Below, piece by piece: positions 10,282-23,229 of a stretch of 64,000 nucleotides of DNA; position 1 is the first letter of the stretch, and every line of letters begins with the position of its first letter. The notes under the pieces were generated by a model, which ran no database searches, was not told the DNA's origin, and worked only from the letters and a program-made list of their open reading frames with translations. Origin of the DNA: Calcarisporiella thermophila CBS 279.70 (taxonomy: Eukaryota > Fungi > Calcarisporiellomycota); assembly GCF_041956535.1 (NCBI RefSeq), contig NW_027192210.1, forward strand, positions 190,273 to 254,272. Reading direction: 5' to 3'. The position numbers were made by a program, and so were the translations under genes.

Positions 10282-11797
10282 ATGGCCGAAACCCTGCAGC
10301 TTCGCGGCACCCTCAAAGGTAATGTATCGATGGATGGATGGATGGATGGATGGCAAGGTGGATGGCCGTGTGTTTCATGTTATTAATGCGTCGTCTCCAT
10401 TTGCTTTTTATTGGACATTAGGTCACTCTGGGTAAGCATAGGATAGACATCCCTCTAGATTGAGGAGGCTACTCTATTTTTCTAGGCTTCCTTCCAGGCC
10501 TCGCCAGAGCGCGTATGACTGACTTGGCTGCTTCTCTATTTTTCTTCCACTAGTTGGGTTACTTCCCTCGCCACCTCGTCCGAAGCCCCTGACATGCTCC
10601 TGTCCGGCTCTCGCGGTACCTTGCTCTTTTTCATAAGTCGGATGCATGGATTTGCATTTCTCACGCTCTTCTTCCGTTTTCATCCCCATTTTCTAGACAA
10701 GACCTTGATTGTGTGGCACCTTACTCGCGATGAGTACAACTACGGTGTGCCCCGCAAGTCTCTGCACGGCCACAATCACTTCGTTCAGGATGTCGTCATC
10801 TCCTCCGATGGTCAGTTTGCGCTCTCCGCCTCCTGGGACAAGACCCTGCGTCTCTGGGACCTCAACACCGGCGCCACCACCCGCCGCTTTGTTGGGCACA
10901 CCGGCGATGTGTTGAGCGTGTCCTTCAGCGCAGATAACCGACAGATTGTGTCGTCTTCGCGTGACAAGACCGTGAAGCTGTGGAACACCCTGGGCGAGTG
11001 CAAATACAACATTACCGAGAACGGACACAGCGAGTGGGTCTCGTGCGTGCGCTTCTCACCCAACCCCAAGAACCCTGTCATCGTTTCCAGCGGATGGGAC
11101 AAGCTTGTCAAGGTAAGCAGGCGTCGATCGTGGTGGTGGGGGGAGACGTGGGAGAGAGGGGGAGGGAAAATGATGTTTTCTCTATATTTGCTACTTCGGA
11201 GGTTCTCGCAGACCTATGAGATAGACAAACCACATTTTATCTGATCCCTTCCTCGCTCTCATCCCTTCAAATTCTCCCTTTCCTCCCCCCCCCCCACCCT
11301 TTCCAACCCACCTTTAATCCAGCTCCCTCCAGATCGATGCTCACCCCTGCTGGCCTTTGCTTTTCTAGGTTTGGGATCTCACCAAGTGCAAGCTCCGCAC
11401 AAATCACATCGGTCACACCGGCTACGTCAACACGGTGACCGTCTCGCCCGATGGCTCCCTCTGCGCCTCCGGTGGCAAGGATGGCATCACCATGCTCTGG
11501 GACCTCAACGAGAGCAAGCACTTGTACTCGCTCGATGCCGGAGACGAGATCAACGCTCTCGTCTTCTCGCCGAACCGCTACTGGCTGTGCGCGGCCACCG
11601 CATCGTGCATTCGCATTTGGGATCTGGAGAGCAAGTCGGTGGTGGATGAGCTGCGGCCCGAGTTCTTGGAGGCGAAGAGCTCGCGGAACAAGAGCGGCGA
11701 CCCGCAATGCGTGTCGCTCGCCTGGTCCGCCGACGGAACCACGCTGTTCGCAGGCTATACCGATAACCTAATTCGTGTATGGGCTGTCGTTGCTTAA
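10282..11797 (+). CDS. ASC1: RACK1 / Asc1 / Cpc2 WD40 ribosomal scaffold protein
   Basis: [12 protein letters not shown]|GHSG|[71 protein letters not shown]. Introns 10319-10421, 10432-10552, about 10616-10696 and 11113-11368. Confidence 0.98.
10329..10352 (+). repeat. (GATG)6 microsatellite in RACK1 intron 1
   Basis: Perfect tandem gatg x6. Confidence 0.9.
11163..11249 (+). ncRNA. snR24: Intronic box C/D snoRNA, U24/snR24-like
   Basis: C box ATGATGT 11170-11176 (the U24-type variant); guide ATATTTGCTACT 11184-11195 complementary to LSU rRNA AGUAGCAAAUAU; D' CGGA 11197-11200; C'-like ATGAGA about 11216; D box CTGA 11241-11244; terminal stem AGGGA/TCCCT. Lies in the longest RACK1 intron, as snR24 lies in the yeast ASC1 intron. 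Confidence 0.88.
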
Positions 11798-12163
11798 ATT
11801 TGTGCTCTATAATTGTTTCTTCGTGTGTCTCTTTTCCTACATTTTTTTTTTCTCCCCCATATTTTAAAATATATTATCCCCCTCCCAAAAAAATAAGATT
11901 CTTTACATACATAGACATGTGCGGGATGGGATGAAACGTCTCAAGGGGGTTAGGGCTGTGAGATGAAGAAAGGAAGCAAGCAGAACAGTGCACTGGTTGC
12001 TATAAAGCTAGCAGAGCATTCTCCGGTTCTCGAGGAAAGGGCCAATATCCTCTTTACAGTACCTATTTACTTTGTGACTTGATATTGCAAAGGCGAGGCG
12101 AATTTTTTTGAGTTCTATCTCGAAACCAAACTTTGGATCATCCAGAAGAGAGATTGGAGCACC

Positions 12164-13007
12164 ATGAATATCAGGCAGGCCACCGTAAGCATGTTTAGAT
12201 CCTCTCCCCTTTCAGTGGTTCTTGGTTTAATCGGCTGAATTCTCTTGATGTAGCTGGACGATCTGCTTGCGATGCAGAACTGCAACCTGCTGAATCTTCC
12301 CGAAAACTATCAAATGAAATATTGTATATATCCTGTTGCTTATCTGTCGCCCACTTCTCTTTCCACTTATACACTTGTGACTCTATCCAGATTTCTACCA
12401 TGCCCTCTCCTGGCCCCAGCTCTCTTACGTCGCCGAGGACCATAAAGGCCGGATCGTGGGCTATGTGCTCGCAAAAATGTAACCGATGATGGATGCTTAC
12501 TTTTTCGGTGTGCATTTTCATTCACACCCCCTCGATCTATCTAGGGAAGAAGACGCAAGCGATGTCCCTCATGGTCACATTACCTCTCTCTCCGTGATGC
12601 GCACCTACCGAAGACTCGGGATCGCAAACAAATTAATGACCCAATCCCGTTAGTATTATGGTGTTTCTGTTATGGGTAATTGTCGATGGACCACTGATGC
12701 TTTTGCACAATGCCATAGAGAGGGCCATGGTTGAGGTATTTAATGCCAAGTATGTATCGTTACATGTGAGGAAGAGCAACCGCGCCGCATTCCATCTCTA
12801 CAAAGACACATTAGGGTTCAGGTAGAGTTCTGTTTCTCTCTTGTGAAGGAATTGTGGTTGAGTGGCAATACTTATTTTTTTTTTGGGGGGGGGGATAATA
12901 GCATACACGATATTGAGAAGAAATACTATGCGGATGGAGAGGACGCCTATGCAATGCGTAAGGATTTAGGAGAGTTATCTTTGGAGGGTTTATCATTGAA
13001 TGAATAA
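12164..13007 (+). CDS. ARD1: NatA N-terminal acetyltransferase catalytic subunit Ard1/NAA10
   Basis: Short exons splice to MNIRQAT|[23 protein letters not shown]|[26 protein letters not shown]|[62 protein letters not shown]. Missed by the ORF track. Confidence 0.95.
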
Positions 13008-13638
13008 ACGGAATATTGGTTGAGTTTCTATCTCTCGTAAATTGGATCTATTTATTCCGGCTCTCTTTTCACTACACTCGCCCCTTGTTCCTTTGGATAA
13101 ACAAATACGACTGGAAAAAGGGGTGAAGCGTTCCGATAGTGGAGCTAGAGACATAGTTGGTTATTCCAGTTACTTTACTTGTGGGGTTTTCAGATGGAAT
13201 AAGAAATTCACTATAACTGCAAAGTTTCAGTTGTGTAAAAAAAAAAAATGCAAAAGCAGCCTAATGGCTATCGCTTGGATTAAGTATAAATGTATATTTA
13301 TTGGTAAGGGTGAGGAACTGTATATCGCCAATTAATTCTTTGATTAATCCGTTGGAATCTTTGAAACCTTTTTAGACAATTCTGGAAATAGGGATGCACA
13401 CTATTGTATTATGTCGAAAATGGAGGCATGTGGCTATTACATGAAGTCATTTTTTTTGCTTCCAACACTGGTGTGCATGGTCAATCTTATCGCCCCTTCG
13501 TCCTATATTGAAAATGTATAGTTTGGCTCAAGGCTCCACACTTCCATTTTGTTTTTGCTCGAAATCATCGTGACTGCTATATCATAGAATATCAAGGCAG
13601 CAGCTTTGAGGTTCCTTGGTTCATAGCGTGCAAGCGAT

Positions 13639-14639
<1,001 letters not shown>

Positions 14640-14921
14640 AATAAACAAGATCTTGTCATATTCATTTACCCTAGATGGCAGATAAGATGACATTCGAACG
14701 CATGGCCAAAGGCCATTTGTACAGTATTGGAGTGGTAATACAAAAGAGAAATCTACTAAATTCTCTGCAAGTTGGAGAGAGAGGGTAGCACCACAACACG
14801 AACAAAGGATGGGGGTTAGAAAAAAATAAAAACTAAAGTCCCTGACTCCTAAAATTTATTTAGCAGTACCCAACATTTAAATAGGCCAACACTTCTCCCG
14901 CACATACGCCTACCCACCACC

Positions 14922-16845
14922 CTACTCATCTCCATTCAATTCCTGTTCACCCCGCACGTATACCAGCACGGCCTTAGCCGCCGTGCACCTGTCCTGATAC
15001 TTTTCCAAGCAGCTCTCCAGCATCTCCAGCCCCTCCCGCCTAACCCTCACCGCCTCCTCCAGCTTGGCGGCCCGGCCACCCTCCTTCTTGTCCATCACGG
15101 CAAAAAAGATCTTCCACCCGGCAACCAGCTCGGTGAAGGCATCGTACTGATCATCCAAGGCCGCGACATGATGCCACGCCATGGCCGCCACCGTGAGCGA
15201 GGCCACGGCCAACCCTAGGAGCGCGTAAGGGCGCCACCACCACCACCAGATGATGAAGCCAAGCACCAGGTAGAGGAGGGGGAGGAGGGCGAGGCCCGTG
15301 AAGATCTTGTCCTGGGCCCGCACTTCCTCGTAGATTTCGCGCTGCTCGGCCCGCTTCGCCAGAATGTAGACCGGCAGGTGCACCAGCAGGGCGTGGGCAA
15401 ACAGCGGGAACTGGGCCAGTGACTTCAGGGCCTGCAGCCCGGTTTGGCGACTCACACGCTTGGCCTCCAGCCCCGTGCGCTGCGCCTTGTACAGGTGGTC
15501 ATCTCGAATCCGAAGCTGCATCAAGATGTTTCGATATCTTAGCAGCAGCTTTTGGAGCTCGGCCACCTCGGGCGCATTGGGCGCCATCTCGACGAAGAAG
15601 TCGATCAAACTCTGCGTCAGTGGGATGAAGTCCTCCGGCGGCACCAGCAGATAGTGGGTGTCGAACGCATGGGGGGAGGAGAAGAGCAGCTGACGCGAAA
15701 TGTCGGCCGCGTGCCATGCATCCCAGTTCGGGGCATTGATTCCGATCCGACGCACCGCAGCATACACGTCGGCGGTCAGCCGTTTCACGGTAGGGCGTGG
15801 ATCCTTGAAGAAGTCCTCCACGTAGGAATCAATTTTAATTGGCTTTCCGTACCTAAGAAGAGGGCGAGAAAAAAAAAAAGAGGCAGGGGGGGGGGGGCGG
15901 AACAAGGGTAAAAGAATCAGCTCTTAGTTCTGTTGTATAGAAACACGGAGAGGATGCGTGAATAGTTACGTAATGATCACCACCGAGCGATACTTGCTCT
16001 TTTGTGGATAAGTGATACACACTGGGACGATGACGGCGGGCTTGTATTGGTAGGAGGAGGTGATGTCTTGGGGAGTATTTTCCTTGAGGTATTTAATGTA
16101 TTCCAGGGCAGCCTAACGAAACGCGAAAGCAACATCAGCATAACACAGAAGAGACAGAAGGTGAAATGATAGCAACCCATGAGATTCCGTCCTTGAACTC
16201 TAACATACTTGGTAGGGTTGACGAGGTCCCTGAAGCGGTGGAAGAAGCATTAACACGCTCGCCCGCATTACCCCCTCCCCCAAAAGTGCTTCATGCTTTA
16301 CCTTCTGGAAACACGCACACCATCTCTCCGAGCGCCAAGACCTCAAAGGTCGATCGGAATAGCAGCTGATTGTTCTTAGTGGTGCGGTCCACGGGCACTA
16401 CCCCGCCATTTCTAATAATGCCACCGAGAATCTTGTTTCTGAAGAGGGAGTCTTTGGCCCACATGTGTACCTTGCGCCCATGTGGGAGGGTGCAAGCAAT
16501 CACAGCCGGATCTACAATCATGTTGGAATGGGTGCTACAAGCCAGGATCATGTAAGGAATCAGAATATCAAACACGGATGAGAAGGCCTAAGGGAAGGAC
16601 CCACCTTGCTCTGGGGCGAAGAAAAAGTGATGGCAAAGCAATTAGATAATTAAAGCAGGGTTAGCAAGCATTCCGCACTGCCTTCAACAATGTATTAAAA
16701 AAACGATGGGAGAATCAATTTACAAGAGGGCAGGCTGATCGACCGGGATGTTTTCCTCGCCAATGACATACACATCGCGGAAGAACGACCACAAGCTTGC
16801 ACGCGACAAGCCCGTCACTATGTCATAGCACACGCCAAATGGCAT
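14922..16845 (-). CDS. Glycerol-3-phosphate/DHAP acyltransferase (Sct1/Gpt2-like)
   Basis: MPFGVCYDIVTGLSRASLWSFFRDVYVIGEENIPVDQPAL.., THSNMIVDP (catalytic His/Asp), WAKDSLF, VPVDR, VFPEG|TSST motifs and C-terminal TM helices. Includes a 6-nt micro-exon at 16605-16610. Confidence 0.9.
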
Positions 16846-17395
16846 TGTTCAACAGCGGTAGTTCAGGGATTATTCTGAGATCTTGAGGGAGAGGGGGGGG
16901 CTGTCGCCTGACGGTTCTCGTCGATACCGAGAGCTCATTTACAATTTGCTCGCGTGACTGTTGGGTTTAGGAAGGTGGTGCTTCCTATACTGAGAATTCC
17001 CCAAATTGATTAAGACAGGGTTGTGCATGCTGATTGGCCCTGAGACCACCATTTCAAACGAAACCAGAAACAGCGCATTCTGCCTGCTTGGCCCAACATT
17101 GCCCCCCAAAATTGCCCCCCGCGGAGGCTTATTTTGCTTATTAAGGGGCTTTGCAGCAGACGCATAGCCGCTGGCGGAGATGGGGTCAGAGACGATGGTA
17201 TTGAAGGAATGGGAGAGGTCTTTAGAGGGAGAGAAGTAGAACTGACATAAATAGGGGGGGAGGGGGGCATTAGAGAAGAGTAAGCACAAAGACCGTGCGG
17301 AGTGGAAGAAAGACAATACATTGAACCGCAACGGGGGGTAAGACTACATATCTTCTAGTATAGACAAGTATAGACTGAGATAGAGACAGATAGCA

Positions 17396-18054
17396 TTAGG
17401 ATATATGGACGCCATTGACGATCAGCTCGTCGTAGGAGGTCAGCTCCAGCACTCCCCCCGCCTCCTGAAGCGCGGTATGTCGATTGGGGAGGGTTTCGTG
17501 CCGAATGTCGACGAAATCCTCCTCCTCTCCCTCCACGATAGGCGGGGGAAAGGAAAAGTAAGAGTGCACCGGAGCCGGTGGAGACTGCGGAGGAAACGAG
17601 GCCGAGATCCGAGAGCGAGCGCGTGGGTTAGGGGGAAGCCGCACGGCATGGCGAGCGCCTGTGCCCAAGGCCGCGTTCGAAGCAGAGGGAATTGGAACAG
17701 GCAGGGTTGGAGAGGGTGTCAGTTCAACAGGAGCGCTTACGAGCGTGGACGATATTGACGGGAGCGGCGGGGGAGGGGGAACGATGGCTGGAGCGTCGGA
17801 ACGATGCATGGGGGCTTGTGTGGGGAGCGGGGGCTGCGAGGGCTGCGAGGGCTGGGCAGGCTGCGTGGCAGCAGGAGGGTTCGGGGGAACACGGGAGAGA
17901 CGAAGGCGGGAGGACACCTGCGAAAGAAGCTATAGAGCATGAGGTGCACGGTCAATAAGGACAACGGAGGGGGCGTAGGGGGGGAAGAGGCACGAACCTG
18001 GCGTCCTTCAGAGCAGAACGTCGCAGACCCGCAGTTGGACAAGTCCCAGTTCAT
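17396..18054 (-). CDS. Hypothetical Pro-rich protein (~190 aa, two exons)
   Basis: ATG at 18054 (MNWDLSNCGSATFCSEGRQ), then a gttcgt..cag intron (about 17997-17918) joins in frame to ORF 17396-17917, ending ALQEAGGVLELTSYDELIVNGVHIS. No recognisable domain. Confidence 0.45.
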
Positions 18055-18098
18055 GACTTGAGAAGAGCGAGCAAGAGAGAGAGAAGCAGGCTTGTTCT

Positions 18099-18122
18099 CT
18101 TCTTCTTCTTCTTCTTCTTCTT
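18099..18122 (+). repeat. (CTT)8 microsatellite
   Basis: Perfect tandem ctt x8. Confidence 0.9.
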
Positions 18123-19079
18123 GGGCGCGGCGTCAGATGCTGCGCGAGACCATCCGTAGCCAAAGAGCCGGCGGTCGAAACTCGTGCCTGGGAGGAGGGC
18201 GGGTCGGGCCAAGCAACAGGCTGCAGGCCAGACGAGGATTTGGGGAACAAAAGGAGGCCAACACGACCGCCGGCTGTCAGATTCGAAAAGGTGCAGGTGG
18301 CCCTTCCCCACGCCTGCAAAAGGGAGAAGAGGAGGGCGAGAAAATCCAATTGCGGGCGGGCGCTGGGCCAAGGTCGAGTCACCGGACCCCCCACGCGCAT
18401 TGTAAACGAGGGGCTCAGTGGCACGCGCCGTCATTTGCTCGCCTCCCCATTTGCTCCCTCCCGCGTCCCCCAATCGAAGGCGGCCCGCCGGGAGTTGGGA
18501 AGCGCGCATCAGACGAGTTTCAGAGGGGGCGGTGGACCGAAAAGGGCGTGTGGCCGAAATTCAAATCGATCATTCTCCTCGATCACACCAGCCTCGTGCC
18601 ATTGGGGAGGGAGCGGCACGCGTTACACGGCCGTTCCGGAACGAGGCTAGCGCGTTGGGAATTTAGCCGTGGGGACGGGCTGCGGCCCCCAAAGCGGCAA
18701 CCGCGCAAATTAAAAATAGCACAGGCCACTCGCCGGGATGCATACGAATTCCAGGGGAGGCGTTTCAGACGGCGCTTCAGACGGCGCATCGACACTAACC
18801 TTAAACATTGGCTCCACTCACCCGTTGAGTGGCCCCACTTGTCCGTGCAACCATGAAAAGAAAGTTTTTGCGCTACGCTCTCTTCGCCGTGCCTGCTCTG
18901 CACCTGCGCAACCTCATCCCATTCCTTATTGCCTCGTTCCCGCCCGCCCCTGCGCGCTGCTTCCCGCTGCTCTGTTGGCATTCGTTGATGCCGATCAATC
19001 CCTTGCATCGCGCCCTCCCAATCCAATACCCCATCCGGTCCCCTCATCGAGCCTCGAGCCTCGTTGTTTACCCCTAGAA

Positions 19080-22000
19080 ATGTCGCAATCCATCGGCCAC
19101 TGGCAGAACTCCTCCACCACCTCCATCAACTCCTCCTTCTCCATCTCCTCGCAATCCGCGAGAGCGCGCGGCGAATCCTCCCCGATCCTCAGCTGGGAGG
19201 ACACCCTCACCATCCTGCTGCAGTATGGATCGCGGGCCTCGTCCTCAAGCAAGCCCGATCCCGGCCCATCCTCGGCAGCCACTAGCCGCTCCTCCTCCTC
19301 CTCCTCCACCTCCTCCGCCTCCTCCTCCACCTCTTCGACCACCACCGCCGACGACGCCTATTCATTGCCCGCGATCTCCCCTACCTCTCCCTCCCTTGAC
19401 CTGGACTTCATGTCATCCAACGCGGAGGACATGCTGAAGACGATGAAGAAGAAAAAGGATTCCCCGGCCGGCTCCGCGCAGAAAACGGCTCCCTCCAAGA
19501 AGCAGGTGACTTCGGAGGAGATCCGAAAGCATGTCATGGAATCGCTTCGCATGTCCCATCCCGATCTCATTAGGTCTGCTGCAAGATCGGGAGCCGGCTC
19601 GGCCCCCATCCTCGGCTGGAACGAAACTCTCGGCGTGCTGTTGAAGTACGGAGGCGAGCGTGGATCGCTCGCTGGCGACGAGCATCGCTTCTCAAAGATA
19701 CCCGCATCCTCAGTCTCTGCTGGCGCTTCAGCCAACACCCAGGGCCGCCCGAAAACCTCGGCGGGCTCGCCCTCGAGCCATCCCTCCCCCGCGGCGAGGG
19801 CTCCTCCTCTCCACAAGCCCGCAGAGAACGGGGGTCATCTGCCCGCGCCGGACAAGTCTTTTTCCCCCCCTCCCTCCTCCTCACCCGCTCCTGCCAACCG
19901 CCTCCCTAGACAATCCTCACTCCCCCCTCCCTCCCTCTCGTTCAACCCTGACACCGACGAGACCTCCGCATCGGTCTCGGAGCTACGCGCTCGCCTGGTC
20001 AACCTCTCCCAGTCCCTCTACTCCCCCGACACGTGGGTGCCCGCGCACCAGCACCCCGAACTAGCTCCGCACAACTTCAACGACTGGCTGAAGGAGAAGA
20101 GTAGCCTCAAGTCGTCCATGATGGCGGGAGACGTTTCCCAGCCGCTGAAGCGGAGAAAGAGCGCATTGTCACGAGAATATCGCCCGGAGGAGCAGTTCCG
20201 GCGGCCCAAGGCAAGAAACGAGCCGGGCGAGACGGCGGCGCGAAGGGAGGCGAGCGTGCCGGCTGGCGCCAGGTTCGAAGAAACCGCAAAGACATCGACC
20301 TACGACGTCGACAACCTCGAGACGGAGACACAGAAGATGACGGCGATTCTAAGGAGAAGTCTGAGCCTGACCCTGCCCACCGGGGATGGTGAGTGTGCCG
20401 TCTGCTTCCGACGCATTGCCTCCTTTCAACGCTAATGGTGGGGTCGCCTAACGTGTTTTCTTTTTGCTTCGATAGACGGCGAGTCGTTGGGCGAGGAACT
20501 CCCTCTGCTAGATCCGGATGCCAATCAGGCCTCTGAGAGGCAAGAGCTGATGTACACCCTAGTCGAGAAGTCACTGGGCCCTTTGCGCCACGACGATCCG
20601 CCGGCTAGGACGGACCCAGCGGCTCAACCAATACACACCCAGCCTCGGCCCTCCTCCCCGACACCCCCCCCTGCCCCAAGGCAGCACTCTCCGCCCGCAG
20701 CCAGTTCGGCCCCGCCCAGAACCTCGGCCCCCGCCTCCCCGCCCCGGCCCATCTCCCCAAGCCCCCCGGAGAAGACCCTGCCGACTCCACCGCCCCCGTC
20801 TACGACTTCCAAGATCCCCTTTCGCGACAGCGTGCCCTTCTTCGAGGACGTGTCCCCTCCCACCCCGATCGACCCAGCCTCAGAGCCCGCCTCCCAGGCC
20901 ACAACGCAGTTCGGCGGCATCACCGGCGGGTCCGTGGGCAAAAATTTCCGCAAAATCATCAACGCCCTCTCCTTCCGCACCTCCACAAGCAGCAGCAATA
21001 AGCGCCGCGAGGCGGAGACGCAGCACGACCACTACCAGCGGTTTCCTTTGCAGGTCGAGCATGCGATCTACCAGCTCTCACATATCAAGCTGGCCAACCC
21101 GCGACGCCCGTTGTTGCATCAAGTGGTCATCTCGAATTTGATGTTCTGGTATTTGTCGCTGATGTATCGGCAGCAGAACGGAGAGGTGCCCCTAAGCGTG
21201 GCTGCCGTACTGAAGAACAACCCTCGGCTGAAAGAGAGCTTGGGCATCCCGAGCACGGCGGAGGGAGGTAGTGGGAATGGGGCCGAGGGGGAAAAGGGGC
21301 GAAAGTTTGTAAAGCGGATGACACTGCAGGAGCGGTCGGCCCCCGCCACGGACTACACCCATCCCCAGCGGGCCCATTCCCTCGGAGGCCCTTCCTCGTC
21401 CTCTCTCCCGACACCGCCCCCTTCCACCGTGGTGGCCTCGGTGGCCTCGCCTCCTCATCTCCCGAAAAAATCAGAGGCCGACATATACATGCAGTACCGC
21501 CAGCAGATCCGTGGCCAGTCCCTCCATGAGCAAGGCCGTCAGCAACAGCTAAAATACCAGCACCAGCACCAACAACAGCAACCGCATCAGCATCAGCAGC
21601 AACAGCAACAACAACACCACCACCACCACCACCACCACCAACACCAACAACAACAACAACAACCACTACAGCAGCAGCAACACCTCGCTGGTGCCACTGG
21701 AGTTGGGAGCGTAGGAAAGGTAGCTGAACCTGGAATGCCAGCTTCGCCTGGTGCCCGGGCGCTGGTGGAGAATCGACGCCATTCGACTTACGTTGCGCCT
21801 TCCACCCACTCTGCTACCTTGACACGCGGTGCACTACAGCCACGTGCTCCGCAAGCGCAACAGCCCTTGTACACGCCAGCCCCTTCTCCAAAGTCACGCC
21901 ACTCCACCGCCTTTGTCCCCGCCTCCTTCCCATCGCCTTCCCAGCCTCTACTGCAAAAGAACCCCTCCACCAGGCCATTCCGCTCACCCAGCGACTCGCT

Positions 22001-22718
22001 TCCTCTCTCCCTACAACCCGCTCTTCGCGCCAACTCTCAGCCTAATCCCCTTGCATCATCCACACCACCCCCCGCGCAGCCCCTCCGAGCCAACTCTCAT
22101 CCCGCACCTGCTCCCGCTGTCAGACCCCCCGCCAAGTCCCCCTTGTACTCGTCGGCTAGCCAGATGATGCAGCGAGGATCGGCGCTGGAGCGGATGTCCG
22201 AGACGGGGGGATCGGCCTCCTCGCAAACCAGACCCTCCCCCGCCCTCGGTTCATCCACGACGTTACTTGGCCAGCAGCCGCCTCCGTTCCAGGAGAATGC
22301 CAATGCTGCTGCCCCATCCCACGGCCAGCAGCTCATCAAAAGCAGACAGGTGCGACCGCCCTTCCTCCCGGTGCAGGACGCCTCTCAGTACTCGCCACGC
22401 CCACCCACCTCCGCCAAGCTCGCGGCTCGCCCCCCGGCCCTCTCCTCAACCCCGCCGGACGCTAGACTCCCGCTTCCGGGGTCGCCCGATTCCGAGAACA
22501 GTGCCCCCTTGCGTGACCGGGCCGACAAGCCCGAGGACGACGACGAGGTGTCGCTCTCTCGCTTCGTTCGCCGCAAACCGGTCCCCTCCCCGCAGCTGCC
22601 TTCGCCTCAGCTGCCGTCGCTCGAACTCGACATCTCCTCGGGCGGCGAGTTTGAGAAGGACTTTTTTGCCACGGTAGACCGCCGGTTCTCCGACGGGGTC
22701 TTTGTGGGGATCCGATAA
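19080..22718 (+). CDS. Zds1-family PP2A-Cdc55 regulator
   Basis: Zds_C domain RFPLQVEHAIYQLSHIKLANPRRPLLHQVVISNLMFWYLSL, with upstream WVPAHQHPELAP and LKRRKSALSR motifs. One intron about 20389-20475. Start codon uncertain. Confidence 0.85.
21540..21680 (+). repeat. Coding CAG/CAA/CAC triplet tract (polyQ/polyH) in the Zds1-like gene
   Basis: QQQLKYQHQHQQQQPHQHQQQQQQQHHHHHHHHQHQQQQQQPLQQQQH. Confidence 0.9.
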
Positions 22719-23229
22719 TGGTTGTTGTTTTTTTTCTTCTTTTCCTCTCGAAATCTACTGTTCGCACCTGTCTTCTAATATCCCGAAAAATATCTTAACC
22801 CGTCTCGCCATTTCTTTTTCTTTTTACTTTGATCTTGTGCTTGTTTCATTTCTATTTCCTCTTTCTCTTTCTATTTGTCTTAATAAATCATGTTTTCATT
22901 ATACATCTACTTTTCTATCTATCTATTCTCATTCTTTCTATCTATCTATATATTCATATATGTATTGCCCATTTGCCGTTTGGCCCTCTTCTCCTTCTTC
23001 GATGAATAGAAAGAGCTCCTTCCGAACCAGTCCATTATCCAAAGATTTATATATATATATAAAGAGGGATATCCTCTTAAGCGAGAATAGAAATAGAAAC
23101 AGAAATAAGGACAATAAAAATAAAAATAGAGGAACAGTGAAAAATGCACATTACAGTCTCTGCACGGTAAGCTAGGAAGAGGAGAGGAGGAGAGGGGAGA
23201 GAGAAGGGGAAGGGGAGGCGAGCAGGTTG

